From assembly GCA_963674705.1 (NCBI GenBank), contig OY771506.1, positions 4,672,001 to 4,736,000 of the forward strand: a stretch of DNA of 64,000 nt, in the 5' to 3' direction. Position numbers and translations under genes: made by a program. The notes beneath the pieces were generated by a model that was not told where the DNA came from, did not search any database, and saw nothing but the letters and a program-made list of their open reading frames with translations. This document shows positions 50,030 to 60,205 of this stretch, in pieces. The DNA is from Phycisphaeraceae bacterium. GTDB taxonomy: Bacteria; Planctomycetota; Phycisphaerae; Phycisphaerales; Phycisphaeraceae. Within the stretch, counting starts at the first letter, position 1; the number at the start of each line of letters is the position of its first letter.

Positions 50030-50140
50030 CAGCATATAATTCCCAGCCACTGAACATTCAGGTTATTAACGGTTACTTTGTAGCTGCTGGGCAAGAGATA
50101 CTAGAGAAAGCCCTCGCAACATTGATTGTGAGGGCTTTTT
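50030..50140 (+). ncRNA. Candidate attenuator leader RNA (GlpP-type antiterminator/terminator), copy 1
   Basis: GGGC-AAGAGATACTAGAGAAA-GCCC stem-loop whose 3' arm is the 5' arm of terminator GCCCTCGCAA..TTGTGAGGGC-TTTTT (50107-50140). Confidence 0.65.
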
Positions 50141-50441
50141 GTATTGTGACTCGAACTAAAACCATTTGGAGGGCGCATATCGAGACAGGTTGAAAATAAC
50201 ACAGCGAGTCGTTTCTTTTATGACTTCTGACACCGCGTGTTAGAAGGTTGTGTGTACTTACACACATCTGTGGCTGTGAAATGAGAAGAATTGAATTATG
50301 TGGGCGAGTAGTCGGTGCGATGAGAAGTGCCAGTCCTTCGTGAAGCTTACCGATTCCCGCAATGCCCGGATTCTGCCTGCGACTTGGAACAAACAGTGTC
50401 TGCGAAGTTGGACTACAATTCACTTATATAGGAGGAAGAAA

Positions 50442-51161
50442 ATGTTGAAGACAACACCCTGCATACTGACGCTTGCACTGGCTGCCGGCGCAGTCCACGC
50501 GGACCTGATCAATGAGTTCAGCCCCAATCCTGATGGCGCTGATCCGCTCACCCAGACAATCGAACTGCTCGGTACGCCCGGCGCTTCGTTCGATCTGTGG
50601 TTCCTCGAGATCGAATCGGACCTCCAGGCGTCAATGGGGACAATTGACCGCGCCGAACCCATGGTAGGCACGTATGATGCCAATGGTATTGCTACCATAG
50701 AGATTGCCGATCTGGAAAACCCCAGCTCGACCTATGTGCTTACCTCCGGCTTTGATATCAACAACCTGGGCATCGATAACGACGCCGACGATGACGGTAT
50801 TTGGGATGACATCGCCCTGCTCGGCACCGTGATGGATGCGGTCGGCCATTTTGATGCACCCGAAGACTTCGTCGACTATGCAGGCCAGCTCGGTGGTGTG
50901 GCCATGGCTTTCAGTGCCAGCCTCGGCGACGGCGAAGCGGAGCTACTCTTCCGTGACCGCGTCACCCTTGACTGGTACGCCTCCGATGTGGGTATCCCCG
51001 GCCTGGCTGACGCCAACGGCAACGATGTCGACCCAAACCTCTTTGACCTCGATCCATTCACGGCAACCTTCGGCAGCGCTAACCCGACCGTTATCCCCGA
51101 ACCGGCCATGATAAGTCTGTTTGGCTTCGCCGGCCTTGCAACACTGCTGCGCCGCCGTTGA
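50442..51161 (+). CDS. PEP-CTERM protein with lamin-tail-like INEF domain
   Basis: ATG 50442 after GGAGG; signal peptide; LINEF..IELLGTPG; IPEPAMISLFGFAGLATLLRRR. Confidence 0.85.
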   Translation: MLKTTPCILTLALAAGAVHADLINEFSPNPDGADPLTQTIELLGTPGASFDLWFLEIESDLQASMGTIDRAEPMVGTYDANGIATIEIADLENPSSTYVLTSGFDINNLGIDNDADDDGIWDDIALLGTVMDAVGHFDAPEDFVDYAGQLGGVAMAFSASLGDGEAELLFRDRVTLDWYASDVGIPGLADANGNDVDPNLFDLDPFTATFGSANPTVIPEPAMISLFGFAGLATLLRRR

Positions 51162-51199
51162 TATAGACCCGGTCAAAAATGAAACATGCAGATAATATG

Positions 51200-51230
51200 C
51201 GAAGACCCGTCACCAAAGCGGGTCTTCGTT
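51200..51230 (+). terminator. Probable terminator hairpin
   Basis: CGAAGACCCG-N9-CGGGTCTTCG followed by TTACTTT. Confidence 0.65.
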
Positions 51231-51562
51231 ACTTTGCATTGATAAGCATAATGGTGTGAACCGGAGTTAAACGAAAGATTGAGGATGACGAATCTATATT
51301 ATATCTTCACACTGTAATCTGACGTCACTTTTTGTGTTTGTTTTCTGTTAACAACAGATTGTGTGTGATCCCCACAGGTCAATCATTATCTGGCGATAGT
51401 GACCACGTTACCGCCACATCCTCAACCCAGTCGGCTTTACTATTTATGCATGCCATATAAATCCCATCCCGTATTCATGGTGATCCTGGAGTAATTGGGA
51501 AGCAATAATTTTGGAATACGTATTAATATCATTGCGTTAAACCCGCACGTAAAGCTAAGCGA

Positions 51563-51870
51563 ATCAAGATCCAGCACAATTCACGCGGAATTAACAGGCA
51601 TATCCTTGACAAATGCATGACTTGATTTATACTGGCCGAAGGTGGAAGTGCGTATACGGCTAGCCTAGGCAGCCGGACCCAAATCAATCGGAGGCGTTAC
51701 ACAGCATATAATTCCCAGCCACTGAACATTCAGGTTTCTAACGGTTACTTTGTAGCTGCTGGGCAAGAGATACTAGAGAAAGCCCTCGCAACATTGGTTG
51801 TGAGGGTTTTTTGCATTGGGACTCGGGGCTCAAACTTTATGGAGGTTGTATATCGAAACAGATTGAGAAT
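51563..51870 (+). repeat. Duplicated promoter/leader region, copy 2
   Basis: TTGACA at 51606, TATACT at 51628; core nearly identical to copy 1. Confidence 0.9.
51702..51812 (+). ncRNA. Candidate attenuator leader RNA, copy 2
   Basis: Same GGGC-AAGAGATACTAGAGAAA-GCCC and terminator GCCCTCGCAAC..GTTGTGAGGGT-TTTTT. Confidence 0.65.
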
Positions 51871-51974
51871 GGAGAGTTGGATTAGTTCAATCCCGACGTG
51901 AAATCGGGTTCTTACGAAAATGTATCAATCAGACGTCTAACAAACTTTTATTCAGCAAGAAGGGAAGGTTCAGA

Positions 51975-52832
51975 ATGAAGGCTTATCAGAAACTGATCGG
52001 AATGATGACGGTTGCAAGTATCGCGACCCTGACCGCACAGTCCGCAAACGCGGTGGCGATTAATGAGTTTCGTGTAGATCACGCAGGCGCCGATACCGAT
52101 GAATTCTTTGAACTGGCGGGCACCCCCGGCGAATCACTCGATGGTTTGACATACATCGTGATCGGCGACGTCCCGGGCGGCGGCGACTTCACCACCGGCG
52201 CGATTGAAGTCGCCATCTCCTTAGACGGATTATCAATCCCCGCCGATGGTTTCTTCCTCGCGGTGGAATCTATTTTCGCTGGACCGGCCGGCGTCAACGC
52301 GGACCTGGTGATCGACCTGAACTTCGAGAATTCCGACACGGTCAGCCACCTGCTTGTCAGCGGATTCACCGGCCAGGATGGGGACTTAATCGACTCCGAT
52401 CAGGATGGTGTGCTTGATGCGGTTCTACCCTGGACCAGCATTATCGATGGCTTGTCTTTAGAGGAACTGGTGAACACTACAGAGATCAACTACGGGCCGC
52501 AACTTGGTATCCCCACATTATCAGCACAACCATCAACCGGTGAAAATTACATGCACGCTTATCGTGAAGTCGACATCACAGGCGCCTGGATAGGCGGTTC
52601 TGATTATCTCTTCCTTGATACTGAGACGCCGGGCTATTCCAATGTCGCTGCCGCGATCCCGGGCGATATCAATGAAGACGGCTTTGTCGGCCTTGACGAT
52701 CTTGACATTGTTTTGAACCATTGGAACGAAGGCACACCTCCCTCCGGCGGTACTCCGTCAATCCCCGAGCCGGCGTCGTTGGCTTTGCTTGGCGTAAGTC
52801 TCACAGCCTGCCTGCGCCGCCGTGGTGCGTAA
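51975..52832 (+). CDS. PEP-CTERM protein with lamin-tail-like INEF domain and one dockerin-like repeat
   Basis: AINEFRVD..DEFFELAGTPG; GDINEDGFVGLDDLD; IPEPASLALLGVSLTACLRRR. Confidence 0.88.
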   Translation: MKAYQKLIGMMTVASIATLTAQSANAVAINEFRVDHAGADTDEFFELAGTPGESLDGLTYIVIGDVPGGGDFTTGAIEVAISLDGLSIPADGFFLAVESIFAGPAGVNADLVIDLNFENSDTVSHLLVSGFTGQDGDLIDSDQDGVLDAVLPWTSIIDGLSLEELVNTTEINYGPQLGIPTLSAQPSTGENYMHAYREVDITGAWIGGSDYLFLDTETPGYSNVAAAIPGDINEDGFVGLDDLDIVLNHWNEGTPPSGGTPSIPEPASLALLGVSLTACLRRRGA

Positions 52833-52960
52833 ACGGGAGACATCCCTCCCGGTGCTAGGTGGCCGGGCCTCCTCGGGACGGGGGCCCGCGCCGCCTGAGC
52901 GCAAGTGTTGGCGTACGTGAGTAACTATGGGAAGGTTAAAAACTTTAAGGACGAATAATT

Positions 52961-53857
52961 ATGACGACAAGATTACCGGCTAAGCGCATCGGTGCATTCA
53001 CCCTGATCGAATTGCTGGTCGTGATATCCATCATTGCTTTACTCGTTGGCATCCTGCTGCCTGCATTAGGGGCGGCGCGTAGATCTGCTCAGAAACTTAG
53101 CTGCCTTTCGAACATGCGGCAGATCGGATTGGCCGCAGCCGCACGCGCAACTGATGATAAGTATGGGATTCAGATGCCCACGTTTGACGGAACTGATGAC
53201 GGCTTGGCGCATCTCTATCCGAATTACCTGCAAGCAGTCGAACTGGGTGTATGCCCCAGCACTGATAACATTTGCCGCTCCGACAACATGAGGCCGGCTG
53301 GCCTTCAGATCCCCGGCTTGCCCCCGGGGTCTCAGTATGACCGCGAGGTGCCTTCGGATTGGACACGCGCCGCATTAAGCGCATCTTACAACAAGGGTGG
53401 ACAAAGCTATGAAGTCTTTGCGTGGATGAGCGGCCCCGTCATCTTCCCCGATGGTAAAAAAGTCGATGGAAGAATGCTTGGAACAATCAATGACCAACGC
53501 GCAAGCGAACCTCGCCTCAATGGTCCGCACTGGAACAGTGTCACAAGCAGCGTGCTAAAGTCAACTCACAACGTTGACAATACCAGCAAGGTCATGCTGG
53601 TGCTTGATGCGGATATTGGCCATGGTGACGATGACCGAAACAACATCCCGGATGTCACGAACAATCACGGGGATGAAGGCATCAATATGAACTTTCTCGA
53701 TGGACACGCCAGTTGGGTACCTGCCGGGGAAGAGTTACTCAGGACTTACCTGGATGGGTATTCAACCGCGGCCTTGGACAATTCCACCTTCATGGAATTC
53801 ATCCCCAACCTGAGAATATCCTCGGAAAATGGCTTCACGAGATACAGCTACGATTAA
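52961..53857 (+). CDS. DUF1559-type prepilin N-terminal cleavage/methylation protein
   Basis: [51 protein letters not shown] (H-X9-DG). Confidence 0.9.
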   Translation: MTTRLPAKRIGAFTLIELLVVISIIALLVGILLPALGAARRSAQKLSCLSNMRQIGLAAAARATDDKYGIQMPTFDGTDDGLAHLYPNYLQAVELGVCPSTDNICRSDNMRPAGLQIPGLPPGSQYDREVPSDWTRAALSASYNKGGQSYEVFAWMSGPVIFPDGKKVDGRMLGTINDQRASEPRLNGPHWNSVTSSVLKSTHNVDNTSKVMLVLDADIGHGDDDRNNIPDVTNNHGDEGINMNFLDGHASWVPAGEELLRTYLDGYSTAALDNSTFMEFIPNLRISSENGFTRYSYD

Positions 53858-54043
53858 GCCGTTTCATTCATTATGGTACGGCTAGAGGTGAACCTGCTCC
53901 GTGCAATTGACATGGGTAGATACAGACTAAGTTGAATGTCTAATTTGTGTGAATTAAGAACGTATGTACTAGTGTGCTTATCAATATCAAGAGGAGTTGA
54001 AATGAATCGGGCCGGCTGCCCGTGCGGGATCTTGAAGTGTGAA

Positions 54044-54625
54044 TTAACGATTCAACTGCCACAAGCGTGAATTTGATGTGCTGACTGCCTGACAACCCGC
54101 GCGCAGGATCTGGCCCGCAGTGTCACCGCTGCGGATCAATCCCCCCGCGATGTAAGGAATCGAAATCTGCTTCAGATCATCCGCAATGAGTGTGGTCGCG
54201 ATGCCGGGCAGCATCTCAATCGCATCGGGTTTGGAGTGTTCGATGATAGACAGGCCACGCCTGACCGCCCGGCCATCTTGAAGGAATAAGCGTAGAACCG
54301 TGTAGAGATTGAGTTTTCGGCTGAGTCGAATCAAATGATGTTTTGTAGTAATAATCCCGCATACCCGGTCAAAGCCCGCAACGAATCGGAGCCCGGCTTC
54401 GTCGTTATTCAGCCCGCCAATGAGGTCTATATGGAGCATAACCGGGATATTACGCGTCAGTTTCTTGTTCAACATATTCAGTGCGTGGGGGATATCGGAG
54501 ACTTCGCCGCCACTAAGGAACAAGACATCTGCGTATTCCAGCAACTCCGGGTCGGGTATGGACCAATCGGTGACGTAAGGGATGATTGGTTTACCCAGGA
54601 GTGATCGGATGCCCTTGGCATTCAT
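54044..54625 (-). CDS. glpP: Glycerol-3-phosphate-responsive antiterminator GlpP
   Basis: LHIDLIGGL, GIITTK, RLFLQD, PDAIEMLPG, PYIAGGLI, GCQAVSTSNSRLW; 193 aa from ATG 54625; divergent from glpD. Confidence 0.88.
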   Translation of the reverse strand: MNAKGIRSLLGKPIIPYVTDWSIPDPELLEYADVLFLSGGEVSDIPHALNMLNKKLTRNIPVMLHIDLIGGLNNDEAGLRFVAGFDRVCGIITTKHHLIRLSRKLNLYTVLRLFLQDGRAVRRGLSIIEHSKPDAIEMLPGIATTLIADDLKQISIPYIAGGLIRSGDTAGQILRAGCQAVSTSNSRLWQLNR

Positions 54626-54656
54626 GGCATGAACCTTGTAAATAAAAGTAGTTGAT

Positions 54657-57113
54657 ATGCAAGTAAGTATGATAGAAGGTGAACAGGTAAATTCCAAACA
54701 GTCTACGGACGCCCGGGTCGATCCGGACCGTTTGCGGCAGGTCCGCCACCTTGCGCTGGACATGGATGGCACGCTCTATCTTGGCGGCACCTTGTTCGGA
54801 TTCACGCTTGATTTTTTGAGTTCGCTTCGTGAGATGGGGATCGGCTATACGTTCTTCACCAACAACTCCTCAAAATCCACACAGGAATATATCGAACGTC
54901 TCGGTAAGATGGGGATCGAGACGACGCCCGATATGTTCTACAGCTCGACACACGCGACGATCGACTATATCCGCAAGTCATACCCGATGGTCAATAAGAT
55001 TTTTGCCCTGGGAACCACAAGCTTCCAGGAAGAACTTATTCAGAATGGTTTTGAGATCAGCGCAGCACAGCCGGACATGGTTGTTGTCGGATACGACACG
55101 GAACTGACATACGCCAAGTTGTGCCGTGCTGCCTATTGGATCAAACAAGGCAAACCATACATTGCCACACACCCGGACCTGATCTGCCCAACCGATCAGG
55201 CTATTGTATTGCCGGATTGCGGGGCGATCTGCAAAATGCTGACCGCCGCAACCGACCGCAATCCTGATGCGATCTTGGGCAAACCCAACACACTCATGCT
55301 TAAGGGTTTGTTGGACCGTCACGACCTGGAGCCGTTTCAAGTCGCGATGCTGGGTGATCGTCTCTACACCGATATCGCGATGGCGAACAACGCCGGCGCG
55401 CTCAGTGTGCTCGTACTGACGGGCGAAACGAAATCGGAAGATATCACCGGCGCTACTCAGCAGCCTGATATCACGGTCGACAATGCTTGGAAGTTCCTTG
55501 AGTTATTGAGGGGTAGCCTTGCGGGTGTTAATGTTGCTCAGCCATCTGCCGTGAGTATCAAACCCGTTACCAAACCAAGCGGTGATGAACCGACTACCTC
55601 AGATCAGGATGATGTAGACGTCTTGATTATCGGTGGAGGGATTGTCGGCGCCGGCATCGCGCGCGATGCGGCGATGCGTGGGTTGCGCGTGGTGCTGGTT
55701 GAACAAAACGACTTTGCCTCCGGCACAAGCAGCCGATCGAGCCGGTTGCTGCACGGCGGATTGCGCTACCTTGCACAAGGCCGCATAGGCCTGGTGCGTG
55801 AAGCGAGCCTCGAAAAGCAGGTCGTGCAGAAGATCGCTCCACATTTGGCGGAATCGCTACCGTTTATCTTCCCGACCTACAAAGGGACACAGTGGAAACG
55901 CTGGAAGCTGGGCATCGGTGTGAAGATCTATGACCTTCTCTGCAACGGACGAAACTTCGGCAAGTCGCAAACACTCGGTGTAAACCGTGTACGGGCGGAT
56001 CTGCAAGGCATCAAAGCCGATGATTTGACCGGTGCGGTAAGGTATTTTGATGGGCTGACGAATGATGCACGCCTGGTGATTGATACATTGCGTTCCGCGG
56101 CATCCCATGGGGCCCAGCTTCATAATTACACACGATTTGAAAACGCATCCAACAAGGGCGGCGTCTGGCAGTGTGAGTTACATGACCGCCGAGCCAATCG
56201 TCATTACAGCTTACATGCCAAGACCGTCGTCAACGCGTCGGGGCCGTGGGCCGATCGTCTGGCGCATAGCCGAACATCGCTGCGCCTGACCAAGGGGGTG
56301 CACCTGGTTATCGACCGCGATCGATTACCAATCCCCGATGCGGTTGTCATGACGGAAGGTGATCGTATCCTCTTCGCGATCCCCTGGGGCAAACGTGTGA
56401 TCCTCGGCACCACGGATACGGATTATGATGGCCCGCTGGATTCGCCAACGTGCGATGTAGAAGACGTGCAGTATGTACTTGCTATCACAAACAAGACTTT
56501 CCCGGAGGCATCGCTCCAAAGTGAACATGTCATCGCTGATTGGGCCGGCATACGCCCGCTGATCGCCAATGGTGACGAGGCCGGAACCCCGTCAGATACC
56601 TCACGCTCCCACCAGATACGGATGACCGAGCCCGGATGGTTCGATGTCGCGGGTGGCAAACTGACCACGTATCGCTTGATGGCAGAGCAAACCGTGGACA
56701 TGGTTGTGGATCAATTGGGCTGCGAAGCGCTGGATTGTCAGACCGCGAAGCATCGGTTATTAAATCCCGGGGAGGAGCGTGGCAGCGGTATCCTTCCCCC
56801 TGCGGTTTCGCGTGACCAGGTTGTACACTATTGTCAGAATGAGTGGGCAATACACTTGGATGATGTTATGCTCAGACGCTCCAGCTGGACGTATTATCAC
56901 AGCAACGCGATGGATATCGCCCAGCGGGTCGCGGCCTGGATGGCGGATATCTATCAATGGGATCGATCAACCACTGCTGCAGAGTTACAAAGATACTTTG
57001 CCAGCTCAGGCGACAATAACCGTGATTCGATTCAAGATGTTACCGTCACCTCGACACCGAATGTATTTCTCAGGTCGGTTCTCAAAGGCCAACCGCAACA
57101 GATCGAGATGTAG
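54657..57113 (+). CDS. glpD: Fusion of HAD-IIA (NagD-like) phosphatase and FAD-dependent glycerol-3-phosphate dehydrogenase
   Basis: DMDGTL, TNNS, GKP, GDRLYTD, then DVLIIGGGIVGAGIARDAAMRG, ASGTSSRSSRLLHGGLRYL, AGGKLTTYRLMAE in one ORF. Confidence 0.88.
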   Translation: MQVSMIEGEQVNSKQSTDARVDPDRLRQVRHLALDMDGTLYLGGTLFGFTLDFLSSLREMGIGYTFFTNNSSKSTQEYIERLGKMGIETTPDMFYSSTHATIDYIRKSYPMVNKIFALGTTSFQEELIQNGFEISAAQPDMVVVGYDTELTYAKLCRAAYWIKQGKPYIATHPDLICPTDQAIVLPDCGAICKMLTAATDRNPDAILGKPNTLMLKGLLDRHDLEPFQVAMLGDRLYTDIAMANNAGALSVLVLTGETKSEDITGATQQPDITVDNAWKFLELLRGSLAGVNVAQPSAVSIKPVTKPSGDEPTTSDQDDVDVLIIGGGIVGAGIARDAAMRGLRVVLVEQNDFASGTSSRSSRLLHGGLRYLAQGRIGLVREASLEKQVVQKIAPHLAESLPFIFPTYKGTQWKRWKLGIGVKIYDLLCNGRNFGKSQTLGVNRVRADLQGIKADDLTGAVRYFDGLTNDARLVIDTLRSAASHGAQLHNYTRFENASNKGGVWQCELHDRRANRHYSLHAKTVVNASGPWADRLAHSRTSLRLTKGVHLVIDRDRLPIPDAVVMTEGDRILFAIPWGKRVILGTTDTDYDGPLDSPTCDVEDVQYVLAITNKTFPEASLQSEHVIADWAGIRPLIANGDEAGTPSDTSRSHQIRMTEPGWFDVAGGKLTTYRLMAEQTVDMVVDQLGCEALDCQTAKHRLLNPGEERGSGILPPAVSRDQVVHYCQNEWAIHLDDVMLRRSSWTYYHSNAMDIAQRVAAWMADIYQWDRSTTAAELQRYFASSGDNNRDSIQDVTVTSTPNVFLRSVLKGQPQQIEM

Positions 57114-57149
57114 TTGGAATCAGTTTTCATCTATCAGGACAATATATTT

Positions 57150-58754
57150 ATGAAGAATATAGCCCGTACGCCGTATACCTTACCAAGTGTCTTGGCCTTT
57201 CTTTGCTTGTGCTTGGTGAGTTTGATGTATGTTCAAGTTGTCTATGCATCAGAAGACAATCCCTACGTCGATGCGGTGCTGGCGGATAAGCCGGTTGGCT
57301 ACTGGCGTTTTGAAGAGGCATCCAATGCGTCTGTAGCTGTCAATCTTGCAGATAAGTCTGATGCGACCCAAGGCTCGTACAACATGGTGACGCTTGGAAT
57401 TCCGAGCGCAACAAAGGCGCTCGGTAACGCGGCAGCGTTTCATGGAGCCGATGCGGACAGCTACATTGATCTCGGCTCGCCGGAATCTCTTATGATCCGT
57501 GGTGATCTGACGATCGAATGGTGGCAGTATGTAACCAACAGCAATGTCGAGGATCAGGCTATCATCTGCTGGGCTAAGCCGGGTGATAGTGCATCGGACA
57601 ATGTGCTTTACGAAGTTGTTTTGCGCTATGATGAGAAGCAAAAGGAGCAAAAGTACCCGCGCCCCCAGATCGTGCTCGGTCACGAGTACGGCCAAGGCAC
57701 AAACGTCCGGATGCCTTCACAGGCAACGGTCCACTTCAATCGTTGGTATCACATCGCCGTCGTGCGAGATGCCGATGCACGCACCGTCCAGTATTACATC
57801 AACGGCTTCCCCTCGGGCGAGCCGATCAGCTATGCGACGAATAACAACAATCCCACGGGTGGCGAATCCGCCGGCGTCACGATTGGCCGCCTGGGACAGT
57901 TTGATAGTCGTTACTTCCAAGGGTATCTGGATGAGGTCGCTGTTTACAACCATACATTAACCGCGGATCGCATCCTGAAACATTACCGCACAGCACTTAA
58001 AGGCGCCGACATGAAAGAACGTTCAATAGTCGTTGCACACCGAGGCAACAACCGATTCGCCCCTGAAAACACGATCGTTTCGTACAAACAAGCAATCGAA
58101 GCCAAAGCACCGATGGTCGAGATGGACCTCCAGTACAGCAAGGACGGCGTTATTATTCTCATGCATGATAAAACGCTGGATCGGACTACCGATGGCACAG
58201 GTGAAGTCAAAGCTAAAACACTTGACGAATTGAAAACGCTCGATGCGGGTACCTGGAAAGGCACACAATACACAGGCGAGCCGGTCCCAACATTTGCCGA
58301 GGTCGCAAAGGTCTGTAAGGGGCAGACCATCATCATGCTTGATTTAAAGACTCTCGTGAAAGGCGATGATATCGCAAAAGCCTTGTCTGAAGCAGACTTC
58401 CCCGAGGACCAGGTTGTTGTCGCACCTTGGCAGATCGAGCATGCCACATCCATCAAGCCCTACCTGCCGGACGCAAACATGATCTTGTTGCACAGCCAGC
58501 TGCCAGAAGAATACACGGGCGATGATGTTTTCTTCGACAACATGAAACAACTCGGATTCAGTGGATTCTCCCTGAATTGGACGCACCTGACTGAATCTTT
58601 TGTACGAGCGGCACGACAGAATGGTATGAAAGTCTATACCTGGACGATTAATGATCCTGTGGATATCAGTGGCGCCGTGTTGATGAAGGTCGACGGGATC
58701 ATCACGGATGACCCCAAAGCCACAGCGGTCTATATTAACGACGTGATCCGCTGA
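57150..58754 (+). CDS. glpQ: Secreted LamG-domain plus glycerophosphodiester phosphodiesterase
   Basis: PVGYWRFEE..WYHIAVV..GYLDEVAVY (LamG); VAHRG..APENT, EMDL..SKDGVIILMHD.TLDRTT, YTWTIND, VDGIITD (GDPD). Confidence 0.88.
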   Translation: MKNIARTPYTLPSVLAFLCLCLVSLMYVQVVYASEDNPYVDAVLADKPVGYWRFEEASNASVAVNLADKSDATQGSYNMVTLGIPSATKALGNAAAFHGADADSYIDLGSPESLMIRGDLTIEWWQYVTNSNVEDQAIICWAKPGDSASDNVLYEVVLRYDEKQKEQKYPRPQIVLGHEYGQGTNVRMPSQATVHFNRWYHIAVVRDADARTVQYYINGFPSGEPISYATNNNNPTGGESAGVTIGRLGQFDSRYFQGYLDEVAVYNHTLTADRILKHYRTALKGADMKERSIVVAHRGNNRFAPENTIVSYKQAIEAKAPMVEMDLQYSKDGVIILMHDKTLDRTTDGTGEVKAKTLDELKTLDAGTWKGTQYTGEPVPTFAEVAKVCKGQTIIMLDLKTLVKGDDIAKALSEADFPEDQVVVAPWQIEHATSIKPYLPDANMILLHSQLPEEYTGDDVFFDNMKQLGFSGFSLNWTHLTESFVRAARQNGMKVYTWTINDPVDISGAVLMKVDGIITDDPKATAVYINDVIR

Positions 58755-58833
58755 TGTATGCACTTGCGCCCGAGCGAAGCTGACTTGATGCCCCGCTCTT
58801 TATAACCAATGATGGACTGGACGGTACAAACGA

Positions 58834-60183
58834 ATGGCCAAAGGCACCTTCAAATTCCTGTCCCCCGCCCCGCATGCCCCCAGACTTCCTGACGACCAGG
58901 TCAAACGGCTTTACCCCCGTTATCGCTGGCAAATCATGGAGTCGACCTTCCTCGGGTATGCCATGTTCTACCTGGTCCGCAACAACCTCTCTCCGGTCGC
59001 CAAGGAGATTGAGGGGGCGCTGCACTACGACCATTCGATGATCGGCAGCATCCTGGCGGTCACCGCGATCTCCTACGGGGTCGGCAAGTTCATCATGGGT
59101 TCGATTTCCGACCGCAGCGATCCTCGCAAGTTCATGGCGCTTGGCCTGTTATTGACGGCCATATGCAACTTCATGTTCGGCGGCGTTGCGAACTATTACC
59201 TGCACATGGCGCTGTGGTCGATGAACGGATTCTTCCAGGGGATGGGCTGGCCCCCGTGTGGCCGATCCATGGGACACTGGTTCAGCGCCCGCGAACGAGG
59301 TGTTTTCTTCAGCACCTGGAATACCTCGCACAACCTAGGCGGCGGTATCGCCGGCATCCTCGCTGCGTATGCCGCGGGGCACTTCGGTTGGCAGGCCGCG
59401 TTCTACTTCCCCGGGGCTATCACGTTGGTTGGCGCACTCTATTTGTTCTGGCGTCTCCGTGACACACCGCAATCCGTGGGCCTCCCGCCAATCGAAGAAT
59501 ATAAAAATGATTACACCGAAGATGAACTCGAGCACGGCCTACACGAAGAAGAACTCGGTACCAAAGAGCTGCTTCTCGATGTCGTCCTGACCAACAAGTA
59601 CGTCTGGATGCTGGCGATCGCCAACTTCTTTGCATACATCGTCCGTTACAGCATGCTCGACTGGGGGCCGATGTACCTGCGCGAGATCAAGGATGCAACA
59701 CTGCACGGCGGAGGTTTTGCCGTCCTTGTGATTGAGTTCGGCGGTATCCCGTCAACGATTTTCTTCGGTTGGGTCTCCGACAAGCTCAGCGGCCGACGCG
59801 GGATGGTCGGGACGTTGTGCATGCTGCCGATCGCGGTCGCTTTCGCCGTGATTGCTCTGACACCGCCCGGTTATCTCTGGCTTGACATGTGTATGCTCGC
59901 GGTGATCGGTTGCTTTATCTATCCGGTCATCAATCTGATCACAATCGCAGCACTCGACCTGACTTCCAAGAAAGCAATCGGATGTGCCGCGGGTTTCATC
60001 GGTCTCTTCGGCTATATCGGCCGGACCGTACAAGCCAAGGGCTTCGGTTGGATGGTGGATTACTTCTCTGAGATTTATTCCTTGCATACCGCCTGGCTGA
60101 TCGTCATGTACACGATCCTTGCCAGCGCCATTGTCACGATTGTGTTGCTTGCCACCATGTGGCGGCTTAAACCAAAGGCATAG
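58834..60183 (+). CDS. glpT: GlpT/OPA-family MFS glycerol-3-phosphate transporter
   Basis: FLGYAMFYLVRNN, SYGVGKF, QGMGWPPCGR, WNTSHNLGG, RDTPQSVGLP, AAGFIGLFGY. Confidence 0.92.
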   Translation: MAKGTFKFLSPAPHAPRLPDDQVKRLYPRYRWQIMESTFLGYAMFYLVRNNLSPVAKEIEGALHYDHSMIGSILAVTAISYGVGKFIMGSISDRSDPRKFMALGLLLTAICNFMFGGVANYYLHMALWSMNGFFQGMGWPPCGRSMGHWFSARERGVFFSTWNTSHNLGGGIAGILAAYAAGHFGWQAAFYFPGAITLVGALYLFWRLRDTPQSVGLPPIEEYKNDYTEDELEHGLHEEELGTKELLLDVVLTNKYVWMLAIANFFAYIVRYSMLDWGPMYLREIKDATLHGGGFAVLVIEFGGIPSTIFFGWVSDKLSGRRGMVGTLCMLPIAVAFAVIALTPPGYLWLDMCMLAVIGCFIYPVINLITIAALDLTSKKAIGCAAGFIGLFGYIGRTVQAKGFGWMVDYFSEIYSLHTAWLIVMYTILASAIVTIVLLATMWRLKPKA

Positions 60184-60205
60184 GTTTTATGTGAGTGGGG
60201 AAAGG

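Larger units (their letters stand above)
49891..50197 (+). repeat. Duplicated promoter/leader region, copy 1
   Basis: Aligns with 51563-51870 (offset about 1672); core 50030-50140 differs at only 4 of 111 positions. Confidence 0.9.

Noticed and set aside
50030..50100. Purine riboswitch (CATATAAT, and GTTTCTA in copy 2) or ZTP riboswitch (CTGGGCA) resemblance
   Set aside because: The required P2/P3 kissing loops or pseudoknot sequences are not present; only short words match.
50021..50193. Open frame through the duplicated leader (YNSQPLNIQV..) as a leader peptide
   Set aside because: No start codon follows the GGAGG, and conservation is better explained by RNA structure.
54626..54772. N-terminal extension of glpP in the ORF track
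   Set aside because: Overlaps the divergent HAD-glpD gene; family length fits ATG 54625.
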